Shown: piece after piece, positions 54,310-64,000 of the stretch
How the letters are laid out: the number at the start of each line of letters is the position of its first letter
Numbering within the stretch: the first letter of the stretch is position 1
NCBI GenBank assembly: GCA_964016885.1
Contig: OZ024741.1
Location: 165,168,001 to 165,232,000, forward strand
DNA from: Eledone cirrhosa
Lineage: Eukaryota
Length of the DNA stretch: 64,000 bases
Reading direction: 5' to 3'
Notes under the pieces: generated by a model
The model's database searches: none
Seen by the model: only the letters and a program-made list of their open reading frames with translations
Told to the model about the DNA's origin: nothing
Translations under genes and position numbers: made by a program

Positions 54310-54726
54310 GTTTTATGATTGTTTTTTTTTCATGTCTCTCTCACACACACCTCATACACACACACACATTACTGTCTCACCTCATACTGAAAACCAGACA
54401 ACACATCCAATACAGACGTTCTCTCTTAACTATTCTCCTGGGCGAAGCCTGGTACATCAGCAAGTAGATAGATAAATATGAAGAATGTCTACCTAACAAT
54501 GACTTACCATACACATACACATATATATATATCCATATATATCATGAATGTACTACATATCTCCTATCATCATCATCATCATTATTGCTTAATGTCCACT
54601 TTACCTGCCATCAAAGCTAACATTCCCTAACCAAACTTTGATACACTGTTTTCACTTCAATCATCCTTGTTCTTTTCAAAATTATCTTGAAACAAATAAG
54701 AAAGACAAGAGATACCATGACAAATT

Positions 54727-54937
54727 CCTTTAACATTACTCTATATTTACTATTGTATTTTCATAGTAAAGGCTTTATCTCACATAATATTGAATCTATG
54801 AGATTTTGATATTATCTATTTTGAGAACAATACCTTAACATCAGTATGAGCAGCCAGTTACAGCCGGTTACAGCTGGTTTGAACAGAAAAAGGTGAGAGA
54901 ATTCTGGCCGGATATAGCTGGTTTAAATGCTAAAGGG
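54727..54937. mobile_element. piggyBac-like MITE (left end decayed)
   Basis: Body homologous to 8499-8719; ends taaatgctaaaggg|TTAA. Confidence 0.8.
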
Positions 54938-56288
54938 TTAAGATATATGAGACCAACCAGCATGATGGATATGTTTCAGACAGCAACAACTCCCTATATG
55001 ATTGTGCTATGGTGTCCAGAATTGTGAATGTAATATCTCCACTAGGGGTACTATTTATGTTCCCCATGGACAGGTTATCATGGTACAAAACTTGACATGA
55101 CAGAGAGACTATAACTTGCTCATACATTCCAGATTTGTCATGGTTTCTACAGACGGATGCCCTTCCTAATGCCAACTGCCTTACAGAATATACTGGAGTT
55201 TTATCATGGTATCAGCATTATAGAGATTATCATATTTTAGGTAGCCAGATTAGAATATAGCCAGACAAATTACAAAACCTACTATATATAAATACGGAAA
55301 TGTTACAAAGAATAATATGAGATTCTTGATTCACAAAGAGGAATCTGATGAGCTAAGTGCACGTATTTCTGATTCCTATTGAATACTTCATAGAGAAGAT
55401 TTGAACACCTAACAGATTGGACTAAAACTAAATTATTTAACCAATTTTGTACCATATTTCTAATGAAAGATACTGCCTGTGATTTCCAAATAATTTTGAA
55501 AATAATTAAGAATTTGGAAGGATATAGAAATATCACTAACTTTCTCATTATGCTGGTGTTCAGAATATTTTACATTTTACATAAAATTATGATAGAAGGC
55601 TTTTAGAAACATTTCAAAACAAACAGTTTTATATCATAGAACCTGAGGCAGTTTCAGGCAGTTTGGTATCAAAAAGGTTAAATAATTGAATTTATTAATC
55701 ATCTTCACTGATTTGATGTCTAGATTAATTAAATATATTAACATAGATTAGAAAATAATTTCATTAATGAAACAACAGATTTCATTCCCTCATGGCTGCC
55801 GTCTGATGACTGATAGCAGTAAAAGAAGAAAAGAATTTTATATATTTATATATGAATACATTATCTATGTATTACACACACATACACTCACACATTGTAT
55901 TTTTACACATGAACCCTTGTGCCTTATTAATTAACAAAGGTGACTTACTGTCAGCTACATATATATATTCACTGCAAACAATACAATATCTTTTTCATTA
56001 TATATTCTTTATTACATCAATTATATCATTAGTTATTGATAACCAAAACCTATAGTGATGATTGTTATGGTCTGTTTATTATATATGACTGTCTCTTTGG
56101 ATTTTGTAAGAGGAGGTGTTGGTTGTAATAGTGGTTGTGTTGATGTGGGTAATTGAAGTGGAGATGGTTGTGGTTTTGGTAGTTGATAGTAGATGGTTGT
56201 GGTGATTGTGGTGGTGGTAACCGTGTTAATGTCTAAATATGCAACAGTAGACATAATTAAGTTATATACTAATCAAGTTATATAATCC

Positions 56289-56319
<31 letters not shown>

Positions 56320-56742
56320 ACAGCAGCAGCGGCAGTAGTAGTAGTAGTAGTCGCAGCAGTAGTAGTAGTAGTCTTTCTATTTCCACAACACCACAGTTCA
56401 ATAAACTAAATCAGTGACAGAAGGTGTGTTATGGTGGTGGTGTTGGGAGATTAAATTAATTCAGTAAACAAGATGAGACAAGCTTTAAAACCCAAGGGAC
56501 TGTAGCATGCTTAACTTGATAGGCAAAAGACCAAAGACTAAATCAGTGATGGAGTAAGATGTATTTCAGTCTTCCCCCACCACCATACACACTATACAAA
56601 TAGACTTTTTTTTGTATTTTTCACACTTTTTCCTTCATTATTTCACAATAACATAAATGGGAGTTAGTTTCACACATCTATTCATTGTATATGTTTTCTG
56701 TTTGTTTGGGTGAACCTACAGTAACTGCACATTACCCTCCCT

Positions 56743-56785
<43 letters not shown>

Positions 56786-56792
<7 letters not shown>

Positions 56793-56930
56793 TAAAATAA
56801 CAGATTAAAGTTTAAATAAATATTTTTTATTAAAGATTAAATAAATATTTGCTCTACGGTTCTTATATATTTGATATATATTTTCCTTATCGAGCTCTCT
56901 TTGGATTTTAGTCTTCAATTTTATTATTAT

Positions 56931-56936
<6 letters not shown>
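56786..56936 (+). mobile_element. PLE-like tail fragment (family also at 57225-57417 and about 63720-63958)
   Basis: aatatttgctctacggttcttatat...tctttggattttagtcttcaa; lies in (TA)n. Confidence 0.65.
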
Positions 56937-56985
<49 letters not shown>

Positions 56986-56997
56986 CACATCACTAGT

Positions 56998-57085
56998 CTG
57001 AAGAACAGATCGATAATGGAGTCGAGCCCATAACTCCTATAGGTGACCATGAGCCAATCCTCTGTGAAACGAGCATAACAGGTTG
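56998..57085 (+). ncRNA. Hammerhead-like core in a TA-embedded element (56983-57210)
   Basis: CTGAAGA acaga..(51 nt)..tctgt GAAA c. Stems I and III are weak. Confidence 0.45.
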
Positions 57086-57224
57086 ATACACAATAAATAT
57101 CTTATATGTGTAAATGAAACTTTCTTGTTTTTTCTAATACATACACTCTGCCTGTGCATAGAGTGTTTGCTTTGGTACCATCACAAGTAATTCAATGAAT
57201 CACCTACACTATATATATATACAT

Positions 57225-57417
57225 ATAGTAATAATAATAAATTTGAAGACTAAAATCCAAAGAGGGCTCGATAAGGATAAATATATATCAAATATATAAG
57301 AACCGTAGAGCAAATATTTATTAAAATAACAGATTAAAGTTTAAGCCAAGAATCGCTGCTTTCACCCTTAAGCAGCGATTCTTTGCTTAAACTTTAATCT
57401 ATTATTTTAATAAATAT
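57225..57417 (-). mobile_element. PLE-like element with a 48-bp fold-back (57314-57361 and 57370-57417)
   Basis: Inverted arms with two mismatches. The minus strand across the loop reads aagggt GAAA gc...gc TT aaact, a hammerhead 3' half. Confidence 0.7.
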
Positions 57418-57429
57418 ATATATATATAT

Positions 57430-57752
57430 CGCTGTAATGTGGCCGTGTAGGTAACACGGTAAAAACCTCCCAGTCCCACACTGTAAATGTGGTTGGTGTT
57501 AGGAAGGGCATCCAGCTGTAGAAAACCCGCCAGACAGTCCACGCTGTAATGTGGCCGTGTAGGCAACACGGTAAAAACCTCCCAGCCCCACACTGTAAAT
57601 GTGGTTGGTGTTAGAAAGGGCATCCAGCTGTAGAAAACCCGCCAGACAGTCCTATGCGAGCAATGACAACCACTCTTGCTTCAAGTGGGAAAACTCCCGT
57701 CCAAACCCATGCAAGCGTGGAACATGGACGTTAAATGATGATGTGATGATGA
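57430..57752 (+). mobile_element. RTE family 1-type 3' UTR fragment with an internal tandem duplication of about 113 bp
   Basis: cgctgtaatgtggccgtgtagg...gccagacagtcc occurs twice, followed by the tail. Confidence 0.88.
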
Positions 57753-58175
57753 TATATATATATATATATATAAATAGTCAAAAGGATGTTTCAGTCAAGC
57801 CACATCAGGGTCACCTCACTAGTCTTGGTCATCTACACAATAAATACACCCAGTACATGCTGTAAAGTGGTTGATTAAAGGAAGGGCACCCATCCATAGA
57901 AAGCTTGACAAACAAAGGGTTGGGAGGACCCTTCAGTTATGTCAAAGACATCACAACCTCACCTGTGAACTTAGTAGAATGTGAGACCATACATAAATGA
58001 AACGCAGATTCCTGGCCTATCTGGGAGATTAGTAGCCCTGCTTCAGTACTGATTTGATCTATGTAGACACATCAAACTCTTGCTAGCAAGGAGAGCAGGG
58101 GTTAACATGATGAACCTAATATAACTGTGTACAAATGTCTCCTGTGTTTTGTTCGCTCATTTTCAATGATATAAA

Positions 58176-58655
58176 TCTAAACTATAATAATATAAGAAGC
58201 GCGGAAATGCGTACGGTTTATAATTTTTTATCCACTTAGTAAAATAAGTTGGATTACTTTGAATAATTAATGAATGAATATTACATAATTTATCCACTAA
58301 ATTTCGTGACTGTTCATTAAATATATTTTATTACTTATTTAAAGATTCCCTTCTTTAAAATGTTCAAATGTCAACACTTCCGGTTAGCGATCGTTTAAAT
58401 AAATATTCATATATTGCTGTCACTAATTTTCTCCTAATGCAATTTATATATAATGTCTTTTTTTAATGTATCATGGATTACGTTACTGATTACATAAGAG
58501 AGTGTAACACAGTCTTCGTTCCATTTCTGTGTATATTGTCAATTACGATTTTATTTGACGTATCATATCTACATGTATATATACTTGTGTATAATATCAA
58601 TATACACACTATACATGCTGGCAGAAAACCACCGTAAGGGTGGTTTTTCTGCTAG
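58176..58655 (+). mobile_element. Non-autonomous Helitron
   Basis: A|TCTAAACTATAATAATATAAG ... gcagaaaaccacc-gtaag-ggtggtttttctg CTAG|T. Confidence 0.88.
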
Positions 58656-59082
58656 TATATCTAATGATGCTGTTCACTCTTTTCCTTTCAAGAGGCTTAT
58701 GTGCACAAAATGTTCTGTTTTTCATTATCAAAAGCCTGCTTCGAAGCAGCTAGATTCAAGGTAATATACATTCAAAATTCATAATTTGTTCAATACACCT
58801 AAAATACGATTGTTTATATAAATATTTATACACACACACACAATAGTTGAAATGGCAAGAGCTCAGCCGCCGGGGTCCCAATTCCTTCATATATATATAT
58901 ATAGATATTTAATTACATAATAAACACTAGACATTTCTGTTAAAAACGTCTAATTTCCTGAAACTTTTGGTAATGGAATAATTATATTGTGTCGTTTATT
59001 ATGTATTTAAATAGCTCTGTACTATACATAGAGCACTCTTCTTTCCTTTACGCTTTCTACTGAAATAATAACACGCACACAC

Positions 59083-59127
<45 letters not shown>

Positions 59128-59999
59128 CACCATATCTTATGAAGAGGTTGGTGATAGAACTCTTCAGTTATGTAAAAAAAAATGGCAACCACCCTGGTGG
59201 TGTTATGTTAAAATGTTTATATTTATTTAAAACCTGTCCATCATAATTATATATAGGAACCTTTGTTAAGTTAAGTTCCAAACACCAGCTTCTTAACGAG
59301 AAAGCTAGATATATTACTAAATCCCTCCAAATTCTTGAATTTTCATTAGAAATATTGTTACGGAAGAGTTAAATAGCAGTGGGTGTATGCTGCTAGCTTT
59401 CAAAGAAATCAAATAACCAACTAGTACACAACTGCTGCCAGATTTATTTGAACAAAATGAATTTATTTATGAAATCAGTTAACAAAATATTTTAGAGATG
59501 AAAGAGCAAAAAGTCCCAACTGATAGAGGTGGAAAGAGACTATTTCTGTTAATATTTCATCAAAGACAACTAGGCTACAGCAGAAATAGATGATATTCTA
59601 CTTTCAATTACCATTAATACTTTTTTTTTTACAGGTAAAAAAACACTAGATTTATTGAAATAGAAACTAAAATCATATATATATATGATTTAAATTATTT
59701 TTTATTAGAGATTGATGGAGAGAGAGAAGAAAAATAAGAGAGGGGGAGTGAGAGGAGGAGAAAGAGGAAAAAAGGGAGAGGTAGAGATATTTTCTTTTGC
59801 TCTTATATATATATATATGATCATCATTACCATCATTTTACATTTGTTTTCCAAGCTGCCATAGATTGGACAAGATGTTATAGTTAGAAATCTCAGGATA
59901 ATGAACAGCATAAAAGAGAAGACAAATGAAAGAAACAACAGATGTCTTGTCTAATTCATGCAAGCTTGAGAAAACATGTAAAAACAATGATGCCAATGA

Positions 60000-60826
60000 G
60001 TATGATATATATATACATATATATATAGATATATATATATATATATATACATATATAGATATGTATACATACATATATAGATATATATACATACATATAT
60101 ATATAGATATATATACATGCATATATAGATATATATACATACATACATATATATATATACATACATACATATATAGATATATATATACATACATACATAT
60201 ATAGATATATATACATACATACATATATAGATATATATACATACATATATAGATATATATACATACATACATATATAGATATATATACATACATATATAG
60301 ATATATATACATACATATATAGATATATATACATACATACATATATAGATATATATACATGCATATATAGATATATATACATACATACATATATATATAT
60401 ACATACATACATATATATATATACATACATACATATATAGATATATATATACATACATACATATATAGATATATATACATACATACATATATAGATATAT
60501 ATACATACATATATAGATATATATACATACATACATATATAGATATATATACATACATATATAGATATATATACATACATATATAAATATATATACATAC
60601 ATATATAAATATATATACATACATACATATATAAATATATATACATACATACATATATAGATATATATACATACATATATAGATATATATACATACATAC
60701 ATATATAGATATATATACATACATACATATATAGATATATATACATACATACATATATAGATATATATACATACATACATATATAGATATATATACATAC
60801 ATATATATATATATATATATACACAT
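60000..60826. repeat. Compound TA/TACA/TAGA minisatellite (about 22-26-bp units)
   Basis: Read directly from the sequence. Confidence 0.95.
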
Positions 60827-61162
60827 ATCATCATCATCGTTTAACGTCCATATTCCACGCTTGCATGGGTTTGGACGGGGGTTTTCCCACTTGAGGCAAG
60901 AGTGGTTGTCTTGCTCGCATAGGACTGTCTGGCGGGTTTTCTACAGTTGGATGCCCTTCCTAACATCAACCACATTTACAGTGTGGGACTGGGAGGTTTT
61001 ACCGTGTTACCTACACGGCCACATTACAGCGTGGACTGTGTATTTTTTTGTCGTGACACCTACACGACCTCATTTGTTTCGGGCTGGATGTTGTGACACC
61101 AACATAACTTTACATTGAAGGGGCGGTGTTGTGGATGGGGTGGGGGTAGTGGGACGGGGTGT
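60827..61162 (-). mobile_element. RTE family 1-type 3' UTR, opposite orientation
   Basis: Reverse-complement homologue of about 63312-63657. Confidence 0.88.
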
Positions 61163-61230
61163 AATATATATATACATATACATATATATATACACATATA
61201 TATACATACATTTATATATATATATATATG

Positions 61231-63306
61231 TATGGTGGTGGAACAGTAAGGTGGAGGGGTCAATTAAGGCCAAAAAGCAGGCTTGGAAAGTATGGCGGGA
61301 TGGGGGAAGTAGAGTAGACTATCAAGTGGCCAGGAGGGAAGCTAGGAGACAAGTGTACTTAGCAAGAAGGGAAGCTGAGGAAAGAAAGTTCAAGCATGTT
61401 CTACAACGCGATGACCAAAAACGTGAGGTGTTCAGGATTGCTAGGCAATGCGTCAAGGAAAACCGTGATATTGTCGGGGAGAAGTGTGTACTTAACGATG
61501 ATGGCATACTTGCCATCACCGACACTGATAAGAAGGTAGCGTGGAAGTGTCACTATGAAAGGCTACTAAATGAGGAGAATAAATGGGAGAAAGACAGTCT
61601 CCCCCATATCGACCCAATAGAGGGACCAGCAGTGTTAGTCGAGAGGAGTATAATAAGTAAGGCAATCAAGGATATGAAGACGGGTAAGGCGGCTGGGCCT
61701 TCGGAAATAGTTGCTGAGATGCTGAAGGCATCTGGCACGGTGGGACACACCATGGTCACTCGCATAGTTAACCATGTCGTACAGAATGGGGTTGTTCCGA
61801 AGGACTGGCATAGCAGCATCATCGTTAACTGTTATAAGAGTAAAGGAGATGCCCTAGATAGGAGTAACTATAGAGGCATTAAATTAATCGACCAGGTCAT
61901 GAAGGTCACGGAAAAAGTAATAGCGCAACTAATCAGAGAGAGAATTGACCTAGATGAAATGCAGTTCGGGTTTGTGTCAGGCAAAAGTACCACAGACGCT
62001 CTTTTCATAGTACGACAACTACAGGAGAAGTTCCTAGCTAAAGGTAAACCCCTCTACTTAGCTTTTGTCGACTTGGAGAAAGCCTTCGACAGAGTCCCCC
62101 GCTCCATTATCTGGTGGGCTCTTAGAAAACTAGGCGTTGACGAATGGCTTGTGAGGGCTATACAAGCCATGTATAAAGAAACAGTCAGCAAGGTTAGAAT
62201 TAACAACGAATATAGTGAAGAGTTTAGCGTAAAAGTTGGCGTCCATCAGGGCTCTGTTCTCAGCCCCCTACTATTCATTATTGCCCTTCAGGCTATAACA
62301 GAGGAGTTCAAGACAGGCTGCCCATGGGAACTCCTATACGCAGACGACCTGACACTCATAGCGGAATCAATGGCCGAGCTAGAGAAGAAATTCCAAACAT
62401 GGAAGCACGGCCTAGAGTCAAAAGGACTTAAAATTAACCTGGCTAAGACCAAAGTTCTAGTTTGTAGGAAAGAAAACAAGGCGGCGGTCCCTTCTGGGAA
62501 ATGGTTGTGCTCGGTGTGTAGGAAAGGCGTAGGTAGAAACTCCATTTTATGTCCTAAATGCAAAGTATGGGTGCATAAAAGATGTAGTGGGATCACAGGT
62601 AAGCTAACTAAGAACATAGATTTTACATGTGGCCGGTGTTCTTTGTGCAATAAGTAGCAGCAAGTGCCCACAAAATACTAGCTCTTTCAATTGCGCAGAG
62701 GGTTCTATAGAAATAGTGGACAGCTTCCGTTACCTGGGCGATAAAATCAGCAGTGGGGGAGGGTGCTCTGAAAGTACTGTAGCTAGAGTCAGAACTGGTT
62801 GGAAAAAGTTCAGAGAGCTTATACCACTATTAGCTGCTAAAGGGTTCTCCCTAAAAATGAAAGGCAGGTTGTACGATGCCTGCATACGAACAGCAATGTT
62901 GCATGGCAGTGAGACCTGGGCATTGTGTGCAGAGGATATACGCAGACTAGAGAGGAACGAAGCTTGCATGCTCCGCTGGATGTGTAACAGTAATATACGT
63001 GAACGGCAAAGCATAAACGAACTAAGGAAAAAATTAGAGATAAGAGGGATCAGATGTTGTTTACTCGAGAGAAGGCTACGTTGGTATGGACACGTGATGC
63101 GCATGAAAGTCGATAGCTGTATAACAAAGTGCAGGGCAATAAAGATAGACGGTAGTCACGGAATAGGCAGACCTAGAAAAACCTGGGACGAGCTGATAAA
63201 CTCCGACCTCACACACTTACACCTCTCCAAGACAATGTCACTGGACCGAGACCTTTGGCGGTACTCAGTAACAGAGAAGACCCGCCTTGCCAGTAGGCAT
63301 CTCTAA
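61231..63306 (+). pseudogene. RTE ORF2 (reverse transcriptase, PHD-like zinc finger, C-terminal domain) with one frameshift near 62641-62645
   Basis: NYRGIKL, QFGF, DLEKAFD, GVHQGSVLSPLLF, YADD (62337-62348); CSVC..CPKCKVWVHKRC..CGRC; continues in ORF 62629-63306 (FRYLGD, HGSETW). Confidence 0.95.
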
Positions 63307-63657
63307 CAAAATACACCCCGTCCCGCCACCACCCCCACCCCATCCACACCACCCCGTTCTATGTAAAGTTATGTTGGTGCCGCGCCATCCAGGCCGAAAC
63401 AAATGAGATCGTGTAGGTGTCACGACAAAAAAAACACACAGTCCACGCTGTAATGTGGCTGTGTAGGCAACACGGTAAAAACCTCCCAGACCCACACTGT
63501 AAATGTGGTTGGTGTTAGGAAGGGCATCCAACTGTAGAAAACCTGCCAGACAGTCCTATGCGAGCAAGACAATCACTCTTGCCTCAAGTGGGACTACCCC
63601 CGTCCAAACCCATGCAAGCGTGGAACACGGACGTTAAACGTTGATGATGATGATGAT
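61231..63657 (+). mobile_element. RTE-clade non-LTR retrotransposon, 5'-truncated (no endonuclease), young
   Basis: Starts at a WWW motif after (TA)n; RT; PHD-like finger; RLRWYGHV and GRPRKTW C-terminal motifs; about 350-bp 3' UTR; (TGA)n tail. Confidence 0.95.
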
Positions 63658-63677
63658 ATATATATATATATACATAC

Positions 63678-63714
<37 letters not shown>

Positions 63715-63719
63715 CATTT

Positions 63720-63956
63720 CCACAAACCAAAGTATCTTCTTCCTGTCTTCCTCCGGTTGCAAGGTTTTTTGAAATATTCACTTCTGCGTTCACAGATTGA
63801 CTTTGTTAGTTTCAGAAGATCCCGTTAAGGGCTTCTTTACTTAAACTTTAATCTGTTATTTTAATAAATATTTGCTCTACGGTTCTTATATTTGATATAT
63901 ATTTATCCTTATTGAGCCCTCTTTGGATTTTAGTCTTCAAATTTATTATTATTACT

Positions 63957-63958
<2 letters not shown>
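63720..63958 (+). mobile_element. PLE-like remnant with decayed hammerhead
   Basis: agttt CAGAAGA t-ccc-gttaa-ggg (deletion) ..ttaaact, then the tail shared with 56840-56936 and 57225-57345. Confidence 0.6.

Positions 63959-64000
<42 letters not shown>

Noticed and set aside
55344-55365. CTGATGA motif as a hammerhead
   Set aside because: No properly placed GAAA or stems I and III.
58903-59012. Short inverted repeat in (TA)n as another hammerhead fold-back
   Set aside because: The inverted arms are real, but no CUGANGA core or valid cleavage triplet was found.

Overview
This is AT-rich eukaryotic non-coding DNA saturated with (TA)n, (TACA)n and (TG)n microsatellites and transposon debris, with a 200-N gap at 2703-2902. 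The repeat landscape looks like a cephalopod (Octopus-type) genome, which is an inference. I could not recognise any host protein-coding exon. Recognisable content: a young 5'-truncated RTE-clade LINE with RT plus a PHD-like finger (61231-63657) and several 3' fragments; CR1-type fragments; modular tRNA-derived SINEs; two copies of a non-autonomous Helitron and a Helitron Rep fragment; TTAA (piggyBac-like) and TA (Tc1/pogo) MITEs; and three large tandem arrays that are G-poor on the + strand. The most striking unexplained structure is a set of about 13 complete or partial minimal type I hammerhead-ribozyme motifs. They belong to roughly 10 unrelated short elements sitting in or beside (TA)n tracts, most likely Penelope-like element (PLE) 3' ends, and one still carries a GIY-YIG fragment. 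Many of these elements are fold-back palindromes whose turning point lies inside the hammerhead itself.
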